From Chloroflexota bacterium (lineage in GTDB: Bacteria > Chloroflexota > Anaerolineae > Anaerolineales > Anaerolineaceae), in NCBI GenBank assembly GCA_021779955.1, contig JAJXZS010000019.1, positions 8,476 to 72,475 of the forward strand: a DNA stretch of 64,000 bases, in the 5' to 3' direction. Below the pieces are notes generated by a model. It searched no databases. It was given only the letters and a program-made list of their open reading frames with translations, and was not told the origin of the DNA. The first letter of the stretch is position 1; each line of letters starts with the position of its first letter. The translations under genes and the position numbers were made by a program. This document shows, in pieces, positions 34,751-43,668 of this stretch.

Positions 34751-37700
34751 TCAAGTGCTGGATGGCGTCGTTGCCGTACCTTCCGTTGTTCCGCTTGAGG
34801 ATATCTCGGTTGTGCCCGTTGGCACACCGGATGTGAATGAGGGAGTTGGCGAAGGTGTCAGCGTCGGTGTTTTTGTGGGAGTTTTTGTTTGTGTCGGAGT
34901 CGGAGTCGAAGTCGAAGTCGGTGTTGGGGTACGCGTTGGCGTCATCGTAGGAGTGGGAGTTGGCGTTGGCGCCTGAATATTCAAGCGGATGAGCTTTTCG
35001 GCAGATGTGCCATTGGTCGACTCCATAAACAGACGCAGCGTCACGATACCCGAAGGCACATTATCCAGGTTCCAGGTGAGCAGTTTTTGAGGCTGGTCAG
35101 ATGGATGCCCACCGGATTCCACAAGGCGCGTCCAGCTCGACGGACCTTCACCAACGCCGTACTCGAGATAGAAGCTCTTGAAGCCGGATGTGGCATTGAC
35201 TACTGCGTAGATGTCCAGCGGATTCTGGAAAATCGTCTGGTGATCGTTCAAACCCACAAACACGAGCGTTGGACGGGGATCGTCCTGCTTGCAAGCACGG
35301 TCGGGAGCGAAAGTCACGGGCGGGGTAAAACCGTTGTTGGTTGCCCATTTCTTCCCATCGTCAGTCTCGCTTATCCACTTCTTGGCCCACGGATCCGTGA
35401 TATTCAGCACGAACTTCTCCGTGGAAAAACCTTCGCATGCTGACGAAACGGCCAGGTTTGTCCATGAATCAACATGAACCTTCTTCCACAGGTCCTCGGT
35501 TTTGGGAAGCGGCAATTGCTCCGAATAGAAAATCTCCGTTCGCTGACTGGGACAGTAATCTGAAGGCTCGGTGCCCGAAACGCTGCAAATGACCTTGTCC
35601 ACAATTCCTGCCGGGCGAACGAATTGCGAAGGGTTGTTATTGGTGAGGTACGGTTCGGCAATTTGCATAAACTGCGACCAGATCGGCGCTGCACCAGCGA
35701 TACCAGAGATATTTTCCATTGGCGTCCAATCAGCATTGCCAATCCAGGTGCCAACGACGAGATCGGGCGTGTAGCCCATCGTCCAGTTATCCCGGTAGTC
35801 GTTGGTAGTGCCGGTTTTAGCTGCTGCCTGAAAGGGCAGATTCAGTACCGAGTTCGCGCCGAACATGGGCGTTCGGGCGGCATTGTCTGACAGGATGGAA
35901 GAGATCAGGTAAGCGTATTCAGGCTTGAGTACCCGGTTGGCTACCGGCTGGGGAGCCTGATAGATGACATTGCCTGAATAGTCAGTGATCTTGGTGATCG
36001 CCATTGGCTCGACGCGGGCTCCACTATTGGCGAAGACACCAAAGGCTGAGGTCATGTCGAGCAGGGTCACCTCACCGCCGCCGAGGGTAAGCGATAGACC
36101 GTAATCGTCGCGCGTCAGGGTGGTGATGCCCATCCGTTTGGCAAAATTGATCAGCCCGTCCGCCTGTGGAGTGCTCGGATCGTCATAGATCCCGACGAAG
36201 TCAAGCGTCTTCACCGCGGGGATATTAAAAGAGTTGGCCAGCGCGGTACGCACGGTTACAGGTCCGTGGAATTTACCGTCATAATTGACCGGCTTATATG
36301 GTTCGCGGGTATCGTTTGGATTGCCTGAGGGCGGGAATTCGCTTGGAACATCCCAGATCAGCGTAGCGGGCGTCCATCCCTTCTCGAATGCTGCCGCATA
36401 CGTCAGCGGCTTGATCGAGGAACCGGGCTGCCGGGGCTTCAGCGCCATGTTGATCTGTCCGGCGATCGCATCATTGTAGAAATCGGCAGATCCGACCATC
36501 GCCAGGATCTCACCCGTCGATGGCTTGATCGCCACCAGCGCTCCGTCGGTCACGTGCTTATCCGCCAGCCCATCCACCTGTTCCTTGACGATTCTCTCGG
36601 CTTCAGTCTGAAGCTGCGGATCGAGAGTGGTGTACACCTGGAAGCCCGAGCGGTAGATCGTCTGCGCATCATAATTCTGCTCGAGGAGGTAGCGAATGTA
36701 ATTGACCCAGTGCGGGTAAACCATCTGGTTCTCGCGCACGGTAAAAGTGTAGCTGTCGATGGCGATGTAGGCATCGGCTGCCTGCTGTGCCTCGAGGCAG
36801 ATGCGCTCTGGGCTTGTGCTCACGTAGATGCAGCCCTTTTCCTGGCTGTCTGTGTACATCAGAGTCAGCACCTGCTTCAAGCGGTAGAGTGTGGTATCGC
36901 GATTGGTGAAAATATCATAGTTGGCGGGGGATTGTGGGAGGCCTGCCAGGAAAGCAGATTGCTCAAGATTCAATGCGCCAGCGGTAGTGTTGAAATAAGT
37001 CTCTGCTGCCGCCTGGATGCCATATGCCAGGTTACCGTAATAAATCTCGTTCAAATAGATTTCAAGAATTTCATCCTTGCTATAGCGCCGGGTAATCTCA
37101 GCAGCAAGGATGATTTCGCGAGCCTTACGCCTGACAGTGATCTCCGTCCGCTCGTTTGGGTCCATCAGCAGGGCTCGCGCCAGCTGCTGTGTGATCGTGG
37201 AGGCGCCGGAAACCACCTCGCCGGTGGTATAGTTGGCGATCAACGCCCGGGCGATGGCAAGTGGATCGAAGCCGGGATGGCTGTAATACTCCTTGTCTTC
37301 CGTCGCGATGGTAGCCGCGATCACGTATGGCGAAATTTGATTCAAGGGGACGTAAGTCCTGCGTCCGGCATTCGGATCTAGGAGTTCATAGAGCAAATCG
37401 CCATTGCGATCGTAAATACGCGTCGTTTCGAATTGCGATGCTGCAGCCTTCAGCCCTTCGACGCTGGGCAGTGTAGCAGCGATCGTAAAGTATTGATAAA
37501 CCAGGAATGCGCCTGCCGCAACCAGCGCAAGCACCACCAGGAACAACATCACAATGATCACTCTTACCAGGCAGCCGCCGAAACCCATTTTCTTGCGGCC
37601 GTTCCCGTTGGCATTTCCATTCCCCTTCTTCTTGCCATTTCCGCCCCGGCTGCCTTTGCCGGTATCGCTAAACCTCACGGCTTTTTGCGGTTGTGTAGTT

Positions 37701-38401
37701 GAACCCGGCAACTTACCACTGCCGATCGCTGAGCGGCTTACCTGCGTTGCGCCAAGATCCACCTCATCGACGCGATTGGGCAATGCATCTTTGCTGCCCA
37801 TGGGCACGGGCGGCATATGCTGCGTGGCTGCCTTGGATGGGCTGACCGGATGGGTAACATCCAGATTCGGGTTCGCCCGGGAGGATTGATCCGAATTGCT
37901 TACTTTCGTCGGCTGCTCGCCCAAATAATATTCTTTTCGCGATGTCATGCGAGTCGAACCGAGATCGGGTTTCTGGGGAACGACCGTATTCGCCTGGGTG
38001 GGCAGGTCGTCAAGGTCTCGCGCACCAAGCTGCATCTCCTGCAGCGGCTGTTCGCGACTGACAGCATGGCTCGGCCTTGTTTGATCTGGTATTGCCTGCG
38101 AATTGGGCAACTTTGCTTGAGGCTGTGTCTTGCCGTAAATCGGTGAAACCTGCGTTTCAGCGTGCGCTGAATCCGCGGGGGTTACTTTCGCCAGCGGGTC
38201 GGGGATGCTCACCTTTCGCAGGGTTTCCCACGAAAATTCGATGTCATCGAAGGGAACCGGGCCATCTGTTGGCGATTGGTTCGATGTGCTCTGCTGCGGG
38301 GCTGTGCTGTTAGCGGAATTCGGACTGCCGGGTTGTGTTGCGCCTGGTTTCCCAGGATTCGGCTCGGATCCCGCGGGGTTGCTTTGTTCTGTTGTGCTCA
38401 T
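34751..38401 (-). CDS. class A penicillin-binding protein (PBP1A-type transglycosylase/transpeptidase) with long disordered N-terminal tail and PT-rich C-terminus
   Basis: Glycosyltransferase motifs (EDKEYYSHPGFD, GASTITQQ, RKAREI) and transpeptidase motifs (SSIKP, KTGTT). About 290 low-complexity residues precede the TM. PT repeats encoded at about 34838-34972. Confidence 0.9.
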   Translation of the reverse strand: MSTTEQSNPAGSEPNPGKPGATQPGSPNSANSTAPQQSTSNQSPTDGPVPFDDIEFSWETLRKVSIPDPLAKVTPADSAHAETQVSPIYGKTQPQAKLPNSQAIPDQTRPSHAVSREQPLQEMQLGARDLDDLPTQANTVVPQKPDLGSTRMTSRKEYYLGEQPTKVSNSDQSSRANPNLDVTHPVSPSKAATQHMPPVPMGSKDALPNRVDEVDLGATQVSRSAIGSGKLPGSTTQPQKAVRFSDTGKGSRGGNGKKKGNGNANGNGRKKMGFGGCLVRVIIVMLFLVVLALVAAGAFLVYQYFTIAATLPSVEGLKAAASQFETTRIYDRNGDLLYELLDPNAGRRTYVPLNQISPYVIAATIATEDKEYYSHPGFDPLAIARALIANYTTGEVVSGASTITQQLARALLMDPNERTEITVRRKAREIILAAEITRRYSKDEILEIYLNEIYYGNLAYGIQAAAETYFNTTAGALNLEQSAFLAGLPQSPANYDIFTNRDTTLYRLKQVLTLMYTDSQEKGCIYVSTSPERICLEAQQAADAYIAIDSYTFTVRENQMVYPHWVNYIRYLLEQNYDAQTIYRSGFQVYTTLDPQLQTEAERIVKEQVDGLADKHVTDGALVAIKPSTGEILAMVGSADFYNDAIAGQINMALKPRQPGSSIKPLTYAAAFEKGWTPATLIWDVPSEFPPSGNPNDTREPYKPVNYDGKFHGPVTVRTALANSFNIPAVKTLDFVGIYDDPSTPQADGLINFAKRMGITTLTRDDYGLSLTLGGGEVTLLDMTSAFGVFANSGARVEPMAITKITDYSGNVIYQAPQPVANRVLKPEYAYLISSILSDNAARTPMFGANSVLNLPFQAAAKTGTTNDYRDNWTMGYTPDLVVGTWIGNADWTPMENISGIAGAAPIWSQFMQIAEPYLTNNNPSQFVRPAGIVDKVICSVSGTEPSDYCPSQRTEIFYSEQLPLPKTEDLWKKVHVDSWTNLAVSSACEGFSTEKFVLNITDPWAKKWISETDDGKKWATNNGFTPPVTFAPDRACKQDDPRPTLVFVGLNDHQTIFQNPLDIYAVVNATSGFKSFYLEYGVGEGPSSWTRLVESGGHPSDQPQKLLTWNLDNVPSGIVTLRLFMESTNGTSAEKLIRLNIQAPTPTPTPTMTPTRTPTPTSTSTPTPTQTKTPTKTPTLTPSPTPSFTSGVPTGTTEISSSGTTEGTATTPSST

Positions 38402-38460
38402 TTTTGTCGGTTGTTCCTGATCTATGGATGAACTCTAAAACCCATTCTAGCATAATTCGA

Positions 38461-38489
38461 TTGACCTGAAAGGATTCATCTCGTAAAAT
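38461..38489 (+). promoter_or_regulatory. sigma70-like promoter placed for a leaderless transcript
   Basis: TTGACC (38461-38466), 17-nt spacer, TAAAAT (38484-38489). The ATG at 38496 is the 7th nt after the -10. No SD sequence. Confidence 0.5.
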
Positions 38490-38495
38490 GGCTGT

Positions 38496-40871
38496 ATGCC
38501 ATCTGCGGCTGAAAACCCGTATCATTCCATGTCATGCATCCTGAGTGCCGATGCACGTTTTAGCCCGGTCAACTTCGCAGACGACCAAATCTGGGAATTG
38601 ACCACCGGTCATAACGAGCCGCCTGCACTGGCCCTCCAAACGACTTACGGTCTGCGTGCGCATTGGATGCGCATCTTCCCGAGTTTCACATCATCTACTG
38701 CCACGGTTACCGATCCTCGAACGTTTGCCGTCCTGCCCACACTCGAGACCTCAACGCCCTCATATGCGCGGGTGACCTGCGCTCCCTACCAGACACTGGA
38801 CGTCAGAATGGAGTTCTGGGTTCCCGCCTCCAATATCGTCACCGGAAAGCTCAAGGTGACCAACATTGGAGACCGCTACGAGAACTGGAAGGTCGCCTAC
38901 AACGTGCTTTTGAACCCGATTATCAAGGGTCAAAAGATGACCACGTACAACTATGGTATGAACACGGTCCTGCAAGGCAATACTCAAAATGTGACGCCTG
39001 TGTTCTATGTAACCGGCGGGCCGGAACCCACGCTTTCACCTTACCCGGCATTGATCCTCTCGCTGACGCTGCAACCCGGCCAATCGCGTACTTTCACATG
39101 GGCCCTGGCATCCTTCCGTAGCCTGGAAGAATCCTTCAGCCAGGCAAGGCAAATGACCGGGCGGTCGTGGGATTCCGATCTCATGCAGGTGGAGATGGCA
39201 TTGAAACGGCATGTCTTTCAGATAAACACCTCTGAGCCCGAATGGGATCGTGTCTTCGTGCACAGCCAACGCCAGGCTCTGCAACTCCTGGTCCAGGGGC
39301 CATCCAGGCATCCCGGCAAGACTTTCGTTCTTTCCCGACGACCGGATCACGGATACTCGTTGGATGGCAACGGAAACGATTACAAACCCTCCTGGATCGG
39401 CCAGACCGCACTGGATGCCTGGGCTTTCTGCAAGTTGATGCTGCCTGGCTACCCCGAGATTGCCAGGGACATCCTCGATGCATTTGTCAATGCACAACGC
39501 CCCAACGGCTTCATAAGCAACCAGTTCGAACTCACGAATCATTTAAGCCCGGACCATGCCTTTCCGATCCTGGCTGCAACCACATCATTGATTTTCAGTT
39601 ATCTCCAGGACGGCGAATGGCTTCGCCAGGTTTATCCCGCATTGGTGCGCTATCTACGCTACTGGTTCTACGGCACTTCGAGCGAAGAGCCTGAAGAGCT
39701 TCCAACCTGGTCGAGCACAATCCAGGCTGGTTTGGATGATATCCCTGCATTCGACAATGTGAGCAAAGACCTTTTGGCGTCCATGCTCCCCCACGTCACC
39801 TCACCCGCGCTATACTCCCTGCTCTTCAATGAGTGCAGCTGCCTGGAGGAGATCGCGCAAACGCTCGATGAAAAGTCCGATCTCGCGTGGCTTGGCGGAA
39901 AGAAGACGCAGTTGCAGGCCATCCTTCGACAATGCTGGAACAGCCAGAGCAAAAGCTATCGCAGCCTGGATATCCAGGCCAAGATGATTTTGCGGCCTCA
40001 GAAGCTTGTGGGCATTCGAAAAGATGGTAAAACAGAAATCGAAAAAGAGCTCAAAGCACCCGGAAGGATCACCCTGGAAGTGACCCCCGCATTGCCGAGC
40101 CAGTCCAGCCTGCTCGTCACTCTACATGGCAGGGTCGCCGGAATTCCCGTTTCGGTCAAAATCACAGCCGCCGACTTCAAACGCACCATTGAATCCTCGC
40201 GAGCGTTTTGTCCAACGTTGTTCGATGAAGTCGACAGTATCTCCGTGCGCGGGCTGGCCGACCGCTCCAAATTGACTGTCGAACAGCCCAATTCATCGAT
40301 GGAGGAAATAACGCAGCTTCTGCCGCTTTGGGCAGGCGTTCCCGCGCCAGATGTTGCCGATCAACTCGTGCGCAAGACCATCCTGCCCCGTTATCGCACA
40401 GAGCATGGCCTGGATTTCTTCCCCAGGGCGAAAGCTGAAGGAAAGCTGCCGGAAAGTAATCACGTTTCGCTCATCTGGAATCTATTTGCCATCGCGGGGT
40501 TGGAACGATATGGATATCGTAAGGAAGCCTCGGAGATCATGCGCTCGCTGATCCTCCGCTCTTCATGGATGCTGGCGGAAATTGACGCGATCTATCCGGC
40601 AAGCCTTCCAGGTGAACCGCAGGTTGCGGGTGACCCCGATTCATTGAAAGCGCTGATCCCTGCGCTCGATTTCATCCATCTGCTCGGGGTAGATCATTGG
40701 TCAGAAGCAGATATGCTAATCTCGGATATGAATACTTTTTTTGCTCCAATTACAGTAGAATATAATCGTATCAGATGCACATTTCTTTCGACTGAAACTG
40801 TGATTCAGACCCTCAACGGCGAATCGCAAGCGGTAACCACACCGCCAACACAAAGAATCCTGTTTCCGTAA
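38496..40871 (+). CDS. large conserved hypothetical protein (791 aa), possibly (alpha/alpha)6 glycoside-hydrolase-like
   Basis: Long uninterrupted ORF. The central region (WIGQTALDAWAFCKLMLPGYPEIARDILDAFVNAQRPNGF) resembles six-hairpin glycosidases, by impression only. Confidence 0.45.
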   Translation: MPSAAENPYHSMSCILSADARFSPVNFADDQIWELTTGHNEPPALALQTTYGLRAHWMRIFPSFTSSTATVTDPRTFAVLPTLETSTPSYARVTCAPYQTLDVRMEFWVPASNIVTGKLKVTNIGDRYENWKVAYNVLLNPIIKGQKMTTYNYGMNTVLQGNTQNVTPVFYVTGGPEPTLSPYPALILSLTLQPGQSRTFTWALASFRSLEESFSQARQMTGRSWDSDLMQVEMALKRHVFQINTSEPEWDRVFVHSQRQALQLLVQGPSRHPGKTFVLSRRPDHGYSLDGNGNDYKPSWIGQTALDAWAFCKLMLPGYPEIARDILDAFVNAQRPNGFISNQFELTNHLSPDHAFPILAATTSLIFSYLQDGEWLRQVYPALVRYLRYWFYGTSSEEPEELPTWSSTIQAGLDDIPAFDNVSKDLLASMLPHVTSPALYSLLFNECSCLEEIAQTLDEKSDLAWLGGKKTQLQAILRQCWNSQSKSYRSLDIQAKMILRPQKLVGIRKDGKTEIEKELKAPGRITLEVTPALPSQSSLLVTLHGRVAGIPVSVKITAADFKRTIESSRAFCPTLFDEVDSISVRGLADRSKLTVEQPNSSMEEITQLLPLWAGVPAPDVADQLVRKTILPRYRTEHGLDFFPRAKAEGKLPESNHVSLIWNLFAIAGLERYGYRKEASEIMRSLILRSSWMLAEIDAIYPASLPGEPQVAGDPDSLKALIPALDFIHLLGVDHWSEADMLISDMNTFFAPITVEYNRIRCTFLSTETVIQTLNGESQAVTTPPTQRILFP

Positions 40872-40885
40872 AGAAAGGAGTCAAT

Positions 40886-41242
40886 ATGGATGAACAGAAG
40901 ACCCAGGTACAACTGCCCGTCAACACCATGTTCATCGCCGTGGTGCAGGCGCAGGACGCCGAGATCGCCGAGAATTCCATCGCGGCGCTTAACCTTTCCG
41001 TCACCCGGTTGCCCAGTGTGGGTGGTTTTCTTGGGCGACGAAATGCTACTTTATTGATCGGCTTACCGGCGGATCGCAAGGCTGAGATTGAATCCACTCT
41101 GCGCGAGAATTGCCGCCAACGGGTCGAATATATCGCAGTTCCCCTGGAAAGCGCACCTCTTCCCCTCCCTGCGCCAACGCCCATCACCATCGGTGGTGCG
41201 ACCGTTTTTTCGATCGAAGTTGAACATTTCGAGGAGTTTTAG
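40886..41242 (+). CDS. PII-like cyclic-di-AMP receptor family protein (DarA/PstA, DUF970), full-length paralogue
   Basis: MFIAVVQAQDAE...LPSVGGFLGRRNATLLIG...GGATVFSIEVEHFEEF parallels B. subtilis YaaQ as I remember it. Confidence 0.7.
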   Translation: MDEQKTQVQLPVNTMFIAVVQAQDAEIAENSIAALNLSVTRLPSVGGFLGRRNATLLIGLPADRKAEIESTLRENCRQRVEYIAVPLESAPLPLPAPTPITIGGATVFSIEVEHFEEF

Positions 41243-41244
41243 CC

Positions 41245-41511
41245 ATGAAATTGATCATCGCCATAGTTAAGGATGTCGATACCGAGGCCGTTTCGTCGGC
41301 GTTGACTTCGGCAAAATTCCGCGTGACGACCATTGCCTCCACCAGCGGATTCCTGCGCCGCGGATTGAATACGCTTTTGTGCGGCCTCGAAGACGAGCAG
41401 GTGCAATCTGCTCTTCAGGTGATTCGGGGGGCATTTCCTCCAGCGGAAAATACCAGCGAGACGCGCTGTACCATGTTCGTGATCAACGTGAACGAGTACA
41501 TACACTTCTGA
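41245..41511 (+). CDS. PII-like DarA/PstA (DUF970) family protein, short paralogue
   Basis: MKLIIAIVKDVDTEAVSSALTSAKFRVTTIASTSGFLRRGLNTLLCGLEDEQV is very YaaQ-like. The loop before the last strand is about 20 aa shorter. Confidence 0.7.
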   Translation: MKLIIAIVKDVDTEAVSSALTSAKFRVTTIASTSGFLRRGLNTLLCGLEDEQVQSALQVIRGAFPPAENTSETRCTMFVINVNEYIHF

Positions 41512-41554
41512 CAAAGTTGACGAGAAGCTTCTTCGTATATGCGTTGAAAATCGT

Positions 41555-41590
41555 AAGGGACAGGCATACGGCCTGTCCCTTGTGCTTATT
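41555..41590. terminator. stem-loop between convergent genes
   Basis: AAGGGACAGGC / GCCTGTCCCTT 11-bp stem. Confidence 0.55.
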
Positions 41591-41612
41591 CCGCAATCGA
41601 ACTAAAAAGCCA

Positions 41613-42188
41613 CTATTGCTCGTGGAATTCTTCCACCTGGTAGGTAAATACCTGGAGTTTCTTGTTCAACCACAGATTCCAGGCTGCCCCCATTTTCGAG
41701 CACAATTCAGACAGGAAATCTTGCGGATCGGGGATCTTTTCCCAGACCTGGGGCAGAAAGGTAGCCCTCCGCATCCCATCCCTGATAATTACCCCATCGA
41801 TTCCCGGACGCAGCCGACCAACCAATTCCTCAGGTTTGGAATATTCGAGCGGCTGGGGCTGGGTGAGCCTCGAGATCTCGATACTCAATTCAGGCACCTC
41901 TTCAGACCGCACCGGAGGAAAGCGGTAATCATCAAGGGCCGCTGCAACCGCATGCTCCTGCACATCATCCACCAGCGGCTGGTACGCCTCGAGAGCGCCG
42001 ATGCAGCCCCGCAGGTCGCCATCTATCGTGAGAGTAACAAAGGCGGCTCCTTTTTCACGAAGTGCTTCAGTGATCTCTTCGGCGGGCAAGATGGGCATGG
42101 GCTGGCGGGCTACCGCTGCTTCGATCGACTTTCGCGCCAGCTTGAGCAAGCTTTCTCGTTCTTTACTCGTCAATTGATTTGTGTTCAT
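41613..42188 (-). CDS. AMMECR1-domain protein (AmmeMemoRadiSam system protein A-like)
   Basis: LRGCIGALEAYQPL signature. Overlaps the upstream gene by 26 nt. Confidence 0.8.
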   Translation of the reverse strand: MNTNQLTSKERESLLKLARKSIEAAVARQPMPILPAEEITEALREKGAAFVTLTIDGDLRGCIGALEAYQPLVDDVQEHAVAAALDDYRFPPVRSEEVPELSIEISRLTQPQPLEYSKPEELVGRLRPGIDGVIIRDGMRRATFLPQVWEKIPDPQDFLSELCSKMGAAWNLWLNKKLQVFTYQVEEFHEQ

Positions 42189-42663
42189 TTTCCAACCTGT
42201 GGTAAGCCCGATTGAAATAGACCAGCGGCTCCATATCCTCTTCCTTGGCCATGGATATCACTTCAGCAATGAACAGGGTCGAGGCTGACATGTCGAACTT
42301 GTGAACAACCCTGCCCTCGATGTACGCCATCCCTCCGCTGATCAGAGGCACACCTGTCTTCAGCATGAAAGTTGTCACTCCGGAGAACCGGTCGACATCG
42401 CCCGACCTGCCCGCAAACCACTCGGAAAGGTCTTGCTGACCTTGATGCAGCAGGGTGATCCCCACCACTGTGCTCTTGACGACCATCGCGTGCGTGCGGG
42501 TGGTGTTTGCCAGTGTGAAAGTCACCATGGGCGGCGTCAGCGATACAGAGGTGAACGAGTCCAGGGTCATGCCGTGCTTCTGGCCTTCGTAAATGGTTGT
42601 CACGATGGCCACCCCCGAAACCCACCGGCGCATTACTACACGCAAGTCCAATTGCATCTCCAA
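42163..42663 (-). CDS. flavin reductase-like FMN-binding protein
   Basis: VSGVAIVTT...GMTLDSFTSVSLTPPMV is typical of the flavin reductase domain. Confidence 0.8.
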   Translation of the reverse strand: MEMQLDLRVVMRRWVSGVAIVTTIYEGQKHGMTLDSFTSVSLTPPMVTFTLANTTRTHAMVVKSTVVGITLLHQGQQDLSEWFAGRSGDVDRFSGVTTFMLKTGVPLISGGMAYIEGRVVHKFDMSASTLFIAEVISMAKEEDMEPLVYFNRAYHRLENEHKSIDE

Positions 42664-42813
42664 GCGGCCACCTCCGGCTCGAATCGCTTTATTAATCTTC
42701 TTTTAATAGGTTATACTGTTAGGAATCGAGCGAGTCAAGCACGAATTCGGGAAAATCGAGCGTGATTTGTATTCTGGCATGAACCTTGCTAATATTATTG
42801 GGAAGAAGTAACC

Positions 42814-43668
42814 ATGAGCGATACTCCACCCACCACTCCCTACACGCAACCTGCTGGAGGCTCGAATCCCGAACCGAGGCAAAATTCCACGCCCGTCGCC
42901 TCCAAGAAACCGCCCCGGTTTTCAGTTTTTGGCAGCGTGCAGACGATCGCCACATATGCATTTCTCCTGGCGACGCTCTTCACGCTGTTCACTCCTGACA
43001 ATCTCTTCTCTGATCAAATGCTCAACCGCGTATTCCAAGCGTGGCAGGCCAACCCCACCGAAATCGCTCAATTGGCCTCCACCGCGCAAGCTCCTGCCGC
43101 CGAATCGCTGCCCATCGGGATCGTTGCCGGGCATTGGAAGAACGATTCAGGTTCGGTCTGTTCGGACGGCACTACCGAGGAACAGGTCAACCTCACCATT
43201 GCCACGCTGGTGCAGCAGAGCCTGACAGCTCAGGGCTTCAAAGTCGATCTTCTCGAAGAATTCGATACGCGCCTTGGCGGATACAAGGGTCTCTTGCTGC
43301 TTTCCATCCACAATGACTCCTGTGACTACATCAATGATCAAGCGACCGGTTTCAAGGTGGCAGCGGCTGCGCATACCGAAAATCCCGAAAAAGCTACCCG
43401 CCTGACTGCCTGTTTGACCGATAGGTTCGCGCGGGATACCGGCCTCGGCTTTCACTCCGGTTCGATCACCAACGACATGACCTACTATCATGCATTCGAT
43501 GAGATCGATCCGCAGACCCCTGCCGCGATCATCGAAACCGGTTTTCTGAATCTCGACAAGCAGATCCTTACCCAGCATCCTGATGTGGTTGCCCAGGGCA
43601 TCGTCGATGGAATACTTTGCTATGTTCACAACGAAAGTGTTTCGACAACAGTGGTGCCAACCCCATGA
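42814..43668 (+). CDS. N-acetylmuramoyl-L-alanine amidase (Amidase_3-like)
   Basis: IGIVAGHWKNDSG...EEQVNL...LLLSIHNDSC pattern. N-terminal TM. Confidence 0.7.
   Translation: MSDTPPTTPYTQPAGGSNPEPRQNSTPVASKKPPRFSVFGSVQTIATYAFLLATLFTLFTPDNLFSDQMLNRVFQAWQANPTEIAQLASTAQAPAAESLPIGIVAGHWKNDSGSVCSDGTTEEQVNLTIATLVQQSLTAQGFKVDLLEEFDTRLGGYKGLLLLSIHNDSCDYINDQATGFKVAAAAHTENPEKATRLTACLTDRFARDTGLGFHSGSITNDMTYYHAFDEIDPQTPAAIIETGFLNLDKQILTQHPDVVAQGIVDGILCYVHNESVSTTVVPTP

Noticed and set aside
34838-34972. PT-encoding nucleotide repeats as a mobile or satellite element
   Set aside because: They are in frame within long, well-supported ORFs and encode typical Pro/Thr linkers, so they are coding low complexity rather than a separate element.
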